A stretch of DNA of 64,000 nt from Escherichia phage vB_EcoS_VAH1. Under the pieces are notes generated by a model. The model ran no database searches. It saw only the letters and a list, made by a program, of their open reading frames with translations, and had not been told where the DNA came from. Within the stretch, counting starts at the first letter, position 1. Every line of letters starts with the position of its first letter. The position numbers and the translations under genes are program-made. Below are positions 41,847 to 51,661 of the stretch, piece by piece. The DNA lies in the sequence record MK373792.1. One strand, 5' to 3'.

Positions 41847-42057
41847 TATTATAATTGCTTTTATTATCGGGGTACTTGCGGGAATTTTCGGAATGACTGC
41901 GGCTATTAACAAGCATCGTAAGTATACTGCGGAAGTATCGCGGGAGATTGCGGAAAGGGAGCGGAAGTTTGACGAGAAACGTGCGGAGTTTGAGCGGGAG
42001 TGGAATGATGGTTCAAGAAGTTCTCGGAGGAGATTCAAGATAGATGGCAAATCATAA
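41839..42057 (+). CDS. small membrane protein (72 aa)
   Basis: N-terminal TM helix and a charged C-terminal tail. Confidence 0.5.
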   Translation: MFSIIIAFIIGVLAGIFGMTAAINKHRKYTAEVSREIAERERKFDEKRAEFEREWNDGSRSSRRRFKIDGKS

Positions 42058-42541
42058 ACCTCTACTTCCCTTAGCAGAATACCAGAAGAAATTTGATTAT
42101 GACCCTGAAACCGGTATGTTTACTTGGAATTCAGGGAGTCGTAAAGGTAAACCAGCAGGTAGTAGAAATAGTTCAGGAATATCCCTATCAATGGGTAGTA
42201 ATGGGCTATATAAGGCCCATCGGGTAGCGTATCTATACATGACAGGAGAAGACCCGGGTGAATTTCTCATTGATCACAAAGATCAAGACCCCTTCAACAA
42301 TAGGTGGAATAACTTACGTAAAGCAACAAATGCAGAGAATGGAAAAAACTCTTCGGGATGGAAGAATGAGTCTACAGGGGTTAAGGGAGTATATAAACGC
42401 GAGGAGGGAAAGTTCGAAGCAAAACTACGTGTAAATGGTAATAGAATTACCATAGGAACTTTTAAAACTCTTGAGCAGGCTGAAAAAGAACTTAGAAAAG
42501 CCAGGGAGCATTACCACGGTGAGTTTGCAAACCATAATTAA
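42044..42541 (+). CDS. HNH homing endonuclease
   Basis: PETGMFTWNSGSRKGKPAGS...YKAHRVAYLYMTGEDPGEFLIDHKDQDPFNNRWNNL; same family as 2199..2732 and 9787..10263. Confidence 0.8.
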   Translation: MANHKPLLPLAEYQKKFDYDPETGMFTWNSGSRKGKPAGSRNSSGISLSMGSNGLYKAHRVAYLYMTGEDPGEFLIDHKDQDPFNNRWNNLRKATNAENGKNSSGWKNESTGVKGVYKREEGKFEAKLRVNGNRITIGTFKTLEQAEKELRKAREHYHGEFANHN

Positions 42542-42716
42542 TTAGCGCTATTAACCTTTTTGCCAAATTCTTTGGATTACGTACGCGTGGGTGTGCTCAC
42601 TGCCACCGGCGAAAATACTTAGTCTGCTAACCGCCACCCCCGTTACTATTACCATGCTAACTGTTTCACCCTGCAACCATTTTAATTGCAAGGTGAAACA
42701 ATTTCAACTTTAATTA

Positions 42717-43451
42717 TTACGCAACTTTTAATTTCTCAATATACTGTTGCGGGCTGCAACTATATTCTGCGCGTTCTTCTTCAGTCATACCTTCCCAACA
42801 TAATTGCAAGCGATCGGCTAGGAACTGATAATCATTATCATCCTCAAGAGATTCGTCAATAAAGGTTTCACCTATCAATGTGACACCGATTGATAGAATA
42901 TCATTAACGGCTTGCGCGTCCAGCGTTTTAAATCCGTATGATGCCGCCGCTGCCAATACTCCCTTATGATCGTCGATCATCGTGAAATCAGCGTTCGGAT
43001 ATAGCTGTTTAAATAGCTCAAAGTAATGACTTTTATATATAGCGTCCTTACTGTGGTATATTTCGCTAACCTTATCAGCTTCAAAATATTTGTGAAGCGT
43101 ATCGCGGGAAAATACACGGATATTACTATTTCCACGCCCTCGCAGTCCTTGTTTGCGCAGGTAATAATAATCTGACTTGCTCATCAGTCGAGCGGTACAA
43201 ATAACGTTTAACGTGTTGGCGTCATTCATGCACTGGCGCATATATGTAACAAGCGGCAATAGTGTATCTTGCATTATTAAATCATGTTTGCAGGCTTCAT
43301 TTTTATACTTATTTAAATCTAAATTGCCCTCGCTATCAAAGCAAGGCGCTACGCGATGGAAAGAATTGATGATTGTTCCGTCCAGATCCCAAATCATGAC
43401 GCGGGAAATATGCGGGAAATTACGGGTAATATTCGTTTTAACTTGATTCAT
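42717..43451 (-). CDS. dmp: 5'-deoxyribonucleotidase, HAD-superfamily (T5 dmp-like)
   Basis: HAD motif I IWDLDGTI; 244 aa; adjacent to the A1/A2-like genes. Confidence 0.75.
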   Translation of the reverse strand: MNQVKTNITRNFPHISRVMIWDLDGTIINSFHRVAPCFDSEGNLDLNKYKNEACKHDLIMQDTLLPLVTYMRQCMNDANTLNVICTARLMSKSDYYYLRKQGLRGRGNSNIRVFSRDTLHKYFEADKVSEIYHSKDAIYKSHYFELFKQLYPNADFTMIDDHKGVLAAAASYGFKTLDAQAVNDILSIGVTLIGETFIDESLEDDNDYQFLADRLQLCWEGMTEEERAEYSCSPQQYIEKLKVA

Positions 43452-43491
43452 TTTGTTACGTTCTCCGTTTAAGGGATTAGATTAATTCAGC

Positions 43492-43518
43492 ATTGCCCGC
43501 TTATAAATAGCGGGCAAT
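43492..43518 (-). other. perfect 9-bp stem-loop downstream of the A2-like gene
   Basis: ATTGCCCGC-TTATAAATA-GCGGGCAAT; no U-tract follows on the minus strand. Confidence 0.4.
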
Positions 43519-43531
43519 AATAAATCAACTA

Positions 43532-43927
43532 TTAAAGACCATAAGCCAACGCATCAGCGATAAAACTAATATCCTCACCTGATACATCGGAACGGATGCC
43601 CGCGCATGTAAATACCTTCGCGCTCATTAGCTGATCATCAAGGCAAGCGGGGCAAGGCGCGACAACTGCAAAGGCTAGGCCTGATTTCACCGCGTCGATG
43701 ATAATCGTTTCCTGTTTTACCGTGTCAATGTAAACGCCTTTCGCCTTGATGCGGCTGGATAGTTTGCCCGTGGTATAGGCGAAAGTCGTGATCTGAAGCG
43801 CCTCGTTAAACTCCATCAAATCATCAACAACGTGACCGGCCTCAACGTGATACCGCTCACCATTTGAATAAACTAGGACGATGGAAGAATGAGCGCGATC
43901 GAATGGAATACGGTTATTAATAGCCAT
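43532..43927 (-). CDS. pre-early protein, A2-like by position
   Basis: 131-aa ORF immediately downstream of the A1-like gene; called by synteny with T5 only. Confidence 0.4.
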   Translation of the reverse strand: MAINNRIPFDRAHSSIVLVYSNGERYHVEAGHVVDDLMEFNEALQITTFAYTTGKLSSRIKAKGVYIDTVKQETIIIDAVKSGLAFAVVAPCPACLDDQLMSAKVFTCAGIRSDVSGEDISFIADALAYGL

Positions 43928-43996
43928 GTTTATAACTCCAATTAATTTAATAAACTTTTATAGCGGCGGTATATTTCATCCGCCCGCCTGATTTAA

Positions 43997-45661
43997 TTAC
44001 GAGAAAAATTTACCATTTTTAAAGTCGATCAAGGTGCGTTGACCGTTTGCATAGGTAATAACATGCGTTTGTGTCCAGCTTGACGCGCCAACGTTATAGC
44101 CCATATCAAGGGAACCAGACACGCCAGCGGTATAAACGCCGCCGTAGATGCTGGCGGTGTGAGTGTGCCCCGTGTTTAATTTGCCCAATTTCTTAAACTG
44201 TTTTGGATTTCCACGGCTCCCGTTAATGCCGTTGTGACCATGTACACCGCACTCAATGCCTGCAATCTTGAAAGATTGATCAGTCGTTAGGAAAATTGCG
44301 TTAAACTCACAACCTGCAACCTTGCGCAGCGCATAATCTAGCACGTTGAAGGTGTCATCTTTTTCTGCAATAGCTCCGTAAATCGCAGCATTAAGGCGGT
44401 GATACAGTTCCGCGTTGGCTGGGTCGTCTTTAATGTTGGCGTTACGATCATCCAGCCAACGTGATAGCGCCAGATCGTGATTAGATTCAACAATGATTGT
44501 TTGACTAAAATCACGTTCCATCGATTCCAGCACGCGCCCCGTATCGATAAGATCATCCAGAACTTTATCACGTCCGGCTGCATATTGTTTTGCTAGGAAT
44601 ACACCGGACGCACGATTATGATGATTGCGCGATGTAAAATCATGCACGTCATGGATAAACTGATATTTTGGTTTAAGAATATCAAGCAAGCTATTTTCGC
44701 CAGCCCATGACGCAGCGGCGCAATCGTCATCTAATTTTTCGGCGTGTATGTCACCGTATTGTAAACCTAAAACATGCCCCGATGTTTCATAGCATCCTGC
44801 GGGAGTAGCGCAAACATTCAGATCATAAAACACGCCGCTTTCGTCCATCGTTTCAAGCTGGCGCACAAAAAACTCACCGTCTTCGTCGAACTCAACAATA
44901 AGCGCACCGAAGTTATGCAGCGCCTCGGCCTTTTGTCCTGCTTTCTGCTGGATGTAATTTTTTAGCGTCGCCGTGCCGGTTGAATACATACGGCGTACTA
45001 CTTCACCTTTTAAAGCTGGAACGCTTTCGGCGGTGATTTTAGCGTGACCAATTGCCAGACCTTCAAGATTAAGCGCGGTTGCAGTTTCAGCGAATCCAGA
45101 AAGCGGATAATCTGCGGTGGGCAAAACATTAATTTCAGCCATGAAAGCAAAGCGGCGATTGTTTAAAAACACGTTTTTATTGCAGATATATTTGTCAAAC
45201 GCGGAATCATATTTGATTCCGTCAGCACCTTCCCCATTTTGAAAACCGTTTTTATTATAAATATACTTGCTAACCAGCAAATCAGCGCCAATAAATTGGG
45301 CATATTGTTCAAGCGAGGCTAAAAAGTTTTTATGCGGGAAAGTATTATTCTGAATCGATGTAATAATAAAGCGTTTACCTTGTTTTACTTCCCAGCTTTC
45401 CACCGTGCTAGAAATAACTCCAGCGGCTTCAGGGCGGTCATCGTTTTTTATGGCTTTTGCTACTTTCGCCGCTTTTGGTTTCGCTGGTTTATTTGCTTCC
45501 AACCAGTCACAAATCGCGGTCGAGTGTTTTGTAGTATCATAGACCGCTTTTGAAATATCGTCGCAGACTTCCAGTTTAGTAGCGCGCAGACGTTTACCGT
45601 AGAAATTGAAATCAGCGGCCATTTTCAGGATAACGGTTTGTTTTTCTGCGGAAATAATCAT
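43997..45661 (-). CDS. A1: pre-early A1-like protein with calcineurin-like metallophosphoesterase motifs
   Basis: 554 aa; metallophosphoesterase-like motifs GDIH, ESNHD, GHTHT; higher GC than the surrounding genome. Confidence 0.7.
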   Translation of the reverse strand: MIISAEKQTVILKMAADFNFYGKRLRATKLEVCDDISKAVYDTTKHSTAICDWLEANKPAKPKAAKVAKAIKNDDRPEAAGVISSTVESWEVKQGKRFIITSIQNNTFPHKNFLASLEQYAQFIGADLLVSKYIYNKNGFQNGEGADGIKYDSAFDKYICNKNVFLNNRRFAFMAEINVLPTADYPLSGFAETATALNLEGLAIGHAKITAESVPALKGEVVRRMYSTGTATLKNYIQQKAGQKAEALHNFGALIVEFDEDGEFFVRQLETMDESGVFYDLNVCATPAGCYETSGHVLGLQYGDIHAEKLDDDCAAASWAGENSLLDILKPKYQFIHDVHDFTSRNHHNRASGVFLAKQYAAGRDKVLDDLIDTGRVLESMERDFSQTIIVESNHDLALSRWLDDRNANIKDDPANAELYHRLNAAIYGAIAEKDDTFNVLDYALRKVAGCEFNAIFLTTDQSFKIAGIECGVHGHNGINGSRGNPKQFKKLGKLNTGHTHTASIYGGVYTAGVSGSLDMGYNVGASSWTQTHVITYANGQRTLIDFKNGKFFS

Positions 45662-45757
45662 ATTAATAAAACTCCATTAAAGGGATTAAAAACGTTTGTT
45701 ATTGGCAAATATTGCCAAATATAACGCCTTGAATAATAGGCGTTATAATTTGCAACA

Positions 45758-45955
45758 TTAATTTAAAGGCATAAGGCTAGAACTAACACCACAAGCAACG
45801 GCAACAATAAAGCAAAGTAAGCCTAAACGCTTCGCTAGTTTAGATTTACGTTTAAAATAATATGAATCTAAATCATTTTGAAAATAAGCAAATAATAATG
45901 AGGCCGCCATAATAAATAAGCCTAGAATGAGGGATTCAGTAGGGTAAAAGATCAT
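45758..45955 (-). CDS. small membrane protein
   Basis: 65 aa with two predicted TM helices. Confidence 0.45.
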   Translation of the reverse strand: MIFYPTESLILGLFIMAASLLFAYFQNDLDSYYFKRKSKLAKRLGLLCFIVAVACGVSSSLMPLN

Positions 45956-46011
45956 TTTAAAACTCCAGTCAAAGGGAAATTATAGTGGGGAATATTCCCC
46001 ACTAATTAAAT

Positions 46012-46428
46012 TTATTCACCTGCGGCCTGTTTTACTTCATCGGCAACGCCCAATAGTTGCGCCACGGCGTCCAGCGTTTCCAATTTTGCGCTTTCCAGTG
46101 ATGCCAGATCGTCAGCGTCTTTGATAATGCCGGAATCGATGGCATGTTTTGCAATGACGCGTACATAATGCGCCTTGCGAATTGAACTGCCGCCGCCAAC
46201 TTTGCGCGGCTTATCGCTTTTCTGATACGCTTTTGCGCTGGTCAATTTTGAGCGAACAGACACGGGAGAAGCCGCGCCAACTGTTTTTGCAATCTCTTTC
46301 AGGCCGTCGCTGTTAGCGAACTCCAAGCCGTTTTCATTGATGAGCTGTTGATACATGGTAACAGCCTGTTGGGTGTTTTCTTCATTCCATGCGAATTTTG
46401 CGGATTTTTCGGTTTTAACGTTAGCCAT
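46012..46428 (-). CDS. hypothetical pre-early protein
   Basis: 138-aa ORF with RBS GGAG; preceded by an operator-like palindrome. Confidence 0.5.
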   Translation of the reverse strand: MANVKTEKSAKFAWNEENTQQAVTMYQQLINENGLEFANSDGLKEIAKTVGAASPVSVRSKLTSAKAYQKSDKPRKVGGGSSIRKAHYVRVIAKHAIDSGIIKDADDLASLESAKLETLDAVAQLLGVADEVKQAAGE

Positions 46429-46463
46429 GATTGTAACTCCTATCGATTTAATTTAAGGGATAA

Positions 46464-46512
46464 GATTAACATAATGTTAATCGTTATATACCCCGAACTA
46501 CTGGGGTATATA
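46464..46512. promoter_or_regulatory. operator-like 19-bp palindrome plus 10-bp-stem hairpin
   Basis: GATTAACAT-A-ATGTTAATC (46464-46482) and TATATACCCC-GAACTACT-GGGGTATATA (46485-46512). Confidence 0.45.
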
Positions 46513-46526
46513 AAAGTAACACTAAA

Positions 46527-46778
46527 TTACGCTACAGCTTCCCATTTTTCGTTGCGCTGGATAACCTTTACAACGTCGCCGGATTTAACCCGAACGCTAT
46601 AAATAGTTTTTCCGTTGTTACTCCGTTCCGTTTCAGCGTATACCGCGTCAATCACATCAAACGGCATAAGCGCCGCGCCTTTGATGCGTTCGGCCTTTCC
46701 GGTTAATTCGTCCGTTTTAGTAACGAAAGGGATGAAAACGGATTGACCAATTTTTGGCGCATTAGTAACGTTTTTCAT
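46527..46778 (-). CDS. hypothetical pre-early protein
   Basis: 83-aa ORF with RBS GGAG. Confidence 0.5.
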   Translation of the reverse strand: MKNVTNAPKIGQSVFIPFVTKTDELTGKAERIKGAALMPFDVIDAVYAETERSNNGKTIYSVRVKSGDVVKVIQRNEKWEAVA

Positions 46779-47010
46779 GGTATAAACTCCAGTTTATTCA
46801 GTGGATTGTTCCGCATTACCTGCTGTAAAAATAGTGGCAGGTAATAAGTAACAATCCGCTCGCCATTATAATCAATTTAAAGAACTCCTCTCAGGCCGCT
46901 ATATCCCAGTTAGGGGGCGGGGCACATTATGGTAAGTGCCGACCGTCAAATTGTATCAAGTTATCGCTCTTATCGAACTGGGTACATCTTAAAGCCTATC
47001 GGCTAGGGTG

Positions 47011-47214
47011 TCAAACAATTTTTTGCAGTTTTTTATGATTTTCTTTCAAGTCAATCATAATGTTTCGCCAGATCATTTCCAGACCTTGCTGGCGGCCTTT
47101 CTTGTACTGCGTGAATCTATATTTTACGGATTGCTGAGCTATTGTCAACAATTTTTTAGTAGTACCATCCAATTTTTTGGCGGGTTTACCAGTGATCAAT
47201 AAAGTTTGTTTCAT
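47011..47214 (-). CDS. hypothetical basic small protein
   Basis: 67-aa Lys-rich ORF. Confidence 0.4.
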   Translation of the reverse strand: MKQTLLITGKPAKKLDGTTKKLLTIAQQSVKYRFTQYKKGRQQGLEMIWRNIMIDLKENHKKLQKIV

Positions 47215-47715
47215 ATCTGCGATTCCTTATATTATATAAGTTTTCCGCCGATAGACTTTAAGATATACCCAATTTTTAAAGAGCGCGGCGGTAAACTTCC
47301 CCGCCGTTGTAGTCCGTTGCCGTCCTACGAGATAAATAATAGGTGATTCCCAAAAATGGCGCAACCTTATTTTTGTAAAGAAACGTAAAGAAAGCAAATA
47401 ATCGCAGGGTGTCCGGCGATTGCCTAAGTTTAAAGGAAACGGGCGCGCGAATACCATAAAACCGAGCAGATAGGCAAGTAATTTTTTCATTTATATTTGC
47501 TTTGCCCTACTTGACAAATCTTAAAAAGCTCGTGGTAGCGATAAACGAGGGTAGGCAATGCAATGGCATACCTGAAAATTTTACCGCTTTCTAGGGCGTT
47601 TTAGGCGGCTCATTTTCGATTTAACAAATATTTAACAAAAGCAAAATTGAAAAATAGTTTGAAAAGGTATTGACTTTTTAAAATCAAGACTAAACGAGTT
47701 ATTTTATAAAATTAA

Positions 47716-48234
47716 TTAATTGACAATTCCAAATTCAGCTTTTTTAGTTTCTACCCATAATAATAACTCTTGTAAATCATAACCTGATTTACTAACACTT
47801 TTGTTACTAGTAGGATCTTTAACTATAGCGCGCAAATAGTTTCTTCCGTTATTATCAACTCTAGAACCATTATAATAGATATGCTTAGGCAACTTATTAG
47901 CACGCTTATAATCTTTCTTGTTATTCATATTCTGCTTATGATCTACTAAGCGAAGATTATTAATGTTATTATTAGCACGGTTACGATCATTATGATCGAT
48001 TGTTAGATTGCTATCAATCTCACCATTAAATAATACCCATATTATTCTATGCACTGCGTATTGTTCGCCTGCTAACTTTACTCGATAGTAACCTGTGTTA
48101 CTATAATGCCCTGCAATATCACCCACCTTACTATTACCTTTCTGTACTTTCCACCTTAGAAATGATGGGGATGTTTCATCATAATAAAAGTTATCATTAG
48201 CAAGCGAATAATCTATATCTTTAAATAGACCCAT
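47716..48234 (-). CDS. HNH homing endonuclease
   Basis: YAVHRIIWVLFNGEIDSNLTIDHNDRNRANNNINNLRL HNH motif; AP2-like C-terminal domain. Confidence 0.75.
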   Translation of the reverse strand: MGLFKDIDYSLANDNFYYDETSPSFLRWKVQKGNSKVGDIAGHYSNTGYYRVKLAGEQYAVHRIIWVLFNGEIDSNLTIDHNDRNRANNNINNLRLVDHKQNMNNKKDYKRANKLPKHIYYNGSRVDNNGRNYLRAIVKDPTSNKSVSKSGYDLQELLLWVETKKAEFGIVN

Positions 48235-48425
48235 TGTTATAGTTTCCTTATGTTATTAGTTTAATCTCTATTATATTATATCAAAATCATTAGCAGACTA
48301 CCTAATGAGTTTTTCAGGTTTAATTAGCAGACTCATAATCACTCTAAAAACCTATTAGCCAACTAACTATATTTTATTATATAATAACAACATAAATTAG
48401 TTAGTGAGAAACACTATCATTTAAG

Positions 48426-48533
48426 TTATCCACAGGTTTATACATTTTGTAAATTTGATTGACACAATAGGAAGGCTTTATAGCACTTTTACACAGACTT
48501 ATCCACAGGTTATTCCACTGTATAAATATACAG
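48426..48533. promoter_or_regulatory. DnaA-box pair plus 16-bp palindrome module (copy 1)
   Basis: TTATCCACA at 48426-48434 and 48499-48507; palindrome CTGTATAAATATACAG at 48518-48533. Confidence 0.55.
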
Positions 48534-48799
48534 GGTAAAGGGGAAGCATATTATAATGATGCCCAAAATAAGCGGCCTAAAACGCTTTCTAACGAGCTAA
48601 ATGCGGTGGGGTAATATTAAAGTAAAGCCTTCACCCGTCGCCCTGGTGGCTTCACCGTGTTTTGCTCTTTACTGTACCGCTGCGCGGTTAGCATAAAACT
48701 AGGCGTTAGGCAAGGAAAATAAAAAGGTAAAATAATATTTGCCTATGCTAGAAAATTACCTTTACCATTCACTCACCGATTAACGAGGGAGGCCAACAA

Positions 48800-49777
48800 A
48801 TGAGGCTGTATAAACCAGATAACGCAACCGTCTTAAAAGGTGCGCTGCGTAACCTGCTGGACGGTAGCAGAACAACCAGCATCAAACATTTTGTTAACAA
48901 GGCCGAAGATATTCACCAAAACTTTTTTGATGATTTCGATGCCTATGATATGAGTAGTTTTTTGCAACTGTATAAGCAAGGGGCAACGATTATCTTGTAT
49001 AATCGAGATAATCACTTGCTTACTAGCAGGGGGCCGGATACTGATTTTATAATCGTAAAAGGTAGCATAGTAAAAGCCTATGATACTGGGGCGGGCTTAG
49101 AAGTTTTTTCAATAGAAAATTATGAAGCCAACCCCAATGATCTTTATGACGTAGAAAATTTTCTCGATTCATTTTGGCGTTATTTATCAGTTGGCTGGAA
49201 TCGGTCAATTGGTGACGGGTATCGTCTGGCGGCTGTAATGGCTTTTGATGACGATGGCAATTTTTTGCTACCACGGGAGCTATACCCATATGTATATGAT
49301 GGCGACATCGAAAGCGCGGGCTTTTCTTTCTGGAAGGAGGAGGATCAGCCTATTGACAACACGGAAAAACATGCTGTAAATTCTAACACTCAAACCATTG
49401 AAAACAAAGGAAAAAATGCCATGACCAAGATCGCTAATATCGTTGCCGCTAATAAGTCCGCCGTTGTAAATGCTGCAAAACTGGAAGCGGGTAAAATTGC
49501 ACTGACTCAAATTACGAAAGTAGCGGCTAAAAAAGCACCGTTTATTATCAAGGGTTATATTGATACGCCGATTGGTCGGGTAGTGATTGCCAACCTGCTG
49601 AGCGTAGCGGTTGACCAGTACGCCCCAAGTAACCAAAAGGCGAAAGCGGTAGCGGATGCAGCTATGGAAGCGGCTATGTTAGAAATGGTGCAATCTTTTA
49701 ACATTGCTGAGATGATTGATGAAATGGTGAAAGGTATTGATATTTCTACTTTTACCGTTAACACCGAAAACGAGTAA
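48800..49777 (+). CDS. hypothetical protein (pre-early region)
   Basis: 325-aa ORF with RBS GAGGGAGG; no recognisable motifs. Confidence 0.55.
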   Translation: MRLYKPDNATVLKGALRNLLDGSRTTSIKHFVNKAEDIHQNFFDDFDAYDMSSFLQLYKQGATIILYNRDNHLLTSRGPDTDFIIVKGSIVKAYDTGAGLEVFSIENYEANPNDLYDVENFLDSFWRYLSVGWNRSIGDGYRLAAVMAFDDDGNFLLPRELYPYVYDGDIESAGFSFWKEEDQPIDNTEKHAVNSNTQTIENKGKNAMTKIANIVAANKSAVVNAAKLEAGKIALTQITKVAAKKAPFIIKGYIDTPIGRVVIANLLSVAVDQYAPSNQKAKAVADAAMEAAMLEMVQSFNIAEMIDEMVKGIDISTFTVNTENE

Positions 49778-49897
49778 TAGTTAACCTAGTGTAAAGTTTT
49801 GTAAAGGTCGCCATAATCGGCGGCCTTTTTTGTTATAATGCCTTTACACCGTTCGAGGACGGTTGAAAATTTTCCCAAAAAATTTTGGAGGCTTAAA

Positions 49898-50128
49898 ATG
49901 GTTGCATATTCTTCTTCTGACGCTCTTTTCACTGGAAAAGGCTGGGTATCAAATCGCTGGATCATTCAAGAAATGGTGCAAGAATACGGCATTGCTAAAA
50001 CTTACACTACCATTCAGGCGCTTTATGATAATGATCAAATTGATCAGCAAACAGCGGGCTTTTTGCTGGATACCCTGAAGGCGGAACATTGCACTAAAAA
50101 ACAAGCTGCAAAAATTATTTTAATGTAA
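49898..50128 (+). CDS. hypothetical small protein
   Basis: RBS TGGAGG before ATG 49898; the ORF-track start at 49838 is an upstream in-frame Met without an RBS. Confidence 0.45.
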   Translation: MVAYSSSDALFTGKGWVSNRWIIQEMVQEYGIAKTYTTIQALYDNDQIDQQTAGFLLDTLKAEHCTKKQAAKIILM

Positions 50129-50177
50129 GTAATAACGGGGGATATACAGTATCCCCCACTAACTAGGGGAAATAAAA

Positions 50178-50324
50178 ATGGTTATTTTTCGGTCAATTCT
50201 AGCGGGTATCTTGGGCGCTATTTTATCCCTTTTTGCAATAGCTTTCGACGTTCACGCGGTTACTATTGGCGCGGGTATCGCTGTTTTTTCTTATTTGCTG
50301 GGCTGCATGAGTAAAGGAGAATAA
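50178..50324 (+). CDS. small membrane protein (48 aa)
   Basis: RBS AGGGGA; two hydrophobic helices; preceded by hairpin GGGGGATA-TACAG-TATCCCCC. Confidence 0.4.
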   Translation: MVIFRSILAGILGAILSLFAIAFDVHAVTIGAGIAVFSYLLGCMSKGE

Positions 50325-50326
50325 AA

Positions 50327-50539
50327 ATGATTCGTAACGTTTCCCTTGCCCGTTCCAAAGGCTTTAAGCTGGTGGACGTTAACACGTTCGAACGGGAAGA
50401 CTGTAAAATCGAATATATAGCACGGAATAAAAACGCCTTTCGTGTTACAGAAAAGAAATTTGATAAGCGTGGCAACGTGATAGCTGAAAAGGTTAAATAT
50501 TTTGCCACCTTTTACGCTGCATTTCGTGGGGTACTATGA
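50327..50539 (+). CDS. hypothetical small protein
   Basis: 70-aa ORF tightly packed after the previous gene. Confidence 0.45.
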   Translation: MIRNVSLARSKGFKLVDVNTFEREDCKIEYIARNKNAFRVTEKKFDKRGNVIAEKVKYFATFYAAFRGVL

Positions 50540-50766
50540 AAAGCGTTGTTGTTATTATCCTTGCAATGGTTGGCGGTTTTACTGCCACCTTATTTAAGAA
50601 TGATCCCCTTTTACTGGGGATTTTTATGCTTTTATCTGGTTATCTGATTGGGAGGCTAACAAATGATTCAACAAATTAAAAGGGCGTTCCAATATTGGGG
50701 CGTCCTGCCTTCAATCGGTTTTATTCTGATAATCATTAGTCAGCTAATGATTATAGGCGGAACTAT

Positions 50767-51126
50767 TTGGGAGCTATGCAAATGGTAATTTATGAGGGCA
50801 ATCGCTTTGTTACTAATTGCCGTCCGGCATTGTTAGCAAACTACTTAAACCAGCTTTCACCTGAATATAAGGGCGTCATTAATATTTACGAGGGAAAAGC
50901 GCATTATAAAATCAATGCGGTCGTTGCCCGTGAACTAGCGTTTCAATTTTTAACCTTTGCATCGTGTGATATTCAGGTCATGGGTGAGGCATTAATTGCA
51001 GAAAATGAAGACGATTTTATTAATATTTTTCGCAAGGTGTGCACCGAGCGCCTGATCATGAAAGGCGCATATATTCAATCAACGGCGGATAGTATTGAAA
51101 CAGCGTTTCGAAAGGTGGCGCAATGA
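50767..51126 (+). CDS. hypothetical protein
   Basis: 119-aa ORF. Confidence 0.5.
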   Translation: MGAMQMVIYEGNRFVTNCRPALLANYLNQLSPEYKGVINIYEGKAHYKINAVVARELAFQFLTFASCDIQVMGEALIAENEDDFINIFRKVCTERLIMKGAYIQSTADSIETAFRKVAQ

Positions 51127-51227
51127 GATTATATATTTTCATTGGTAATGTTAAGGCTGCAAATGATTCCGCCGGGGGCGATAATGTTCGCCACTATTGG
51201 CAAAATTATATTTACTAGGGCGTTATT

Positions 51228-51422
51228 ATGAGCAATAAAATTATTGTAACCAAAACTACCACAATGGTTGACGTTTTTTATGTGCCCGATACGCTGGAAA
51301 ACCGGCAAGCGGTCGAGCGTGGCGAGTATGATAAAGTGATTTATGATCACGATGGTTATTATAAGCATTTGGTGGATTCCTACGGGGAGGAGGAAAAAAT
51401 CACGCATCAATTACCGGACTGA
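51228..51422 (+). CDS. hypothetical small protein
   Basis: 64-aa ORF with an acidic C-terminus. Confidence 0.45.
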   Translation: MSNKIIVTKTTTMVDVFYVPDTLENRQAVERGEYDKVIYDHDGYYKHLVDSYGEEEKITHQLPD

Positions 51423-51661
51423 CAACAAGCGGGGCGCAACTATCAGGGAGTGCCCCCAATTCTCAAATGAGAATGATTCTCATTTGACCGCGCCCGCGAT
51501 GGTTAGCCTGCTAATGATTAGGGTGTTACGTGTCGCCTTGTGTGATAGTTAGCGAGCTAACTAATTTTCAAGCCTCCTCCAATTTTGCCCTTGTTTTAGT
51601 ATCCCCATCAAAATAAAACGCGTTAGAATGCGATTCAGGGCGTTTTAGGCCTATATTAGAA

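Noticed and set aside
47227-47490. ORF 47227..47490 (-) with a signal-peptide-like N-terminus
   Set aside because: No Shine-Dalgarno, Arg/Leu-rich atypical composition, embedded in a structured GC-rich non-coding segment; treated as non-coding.
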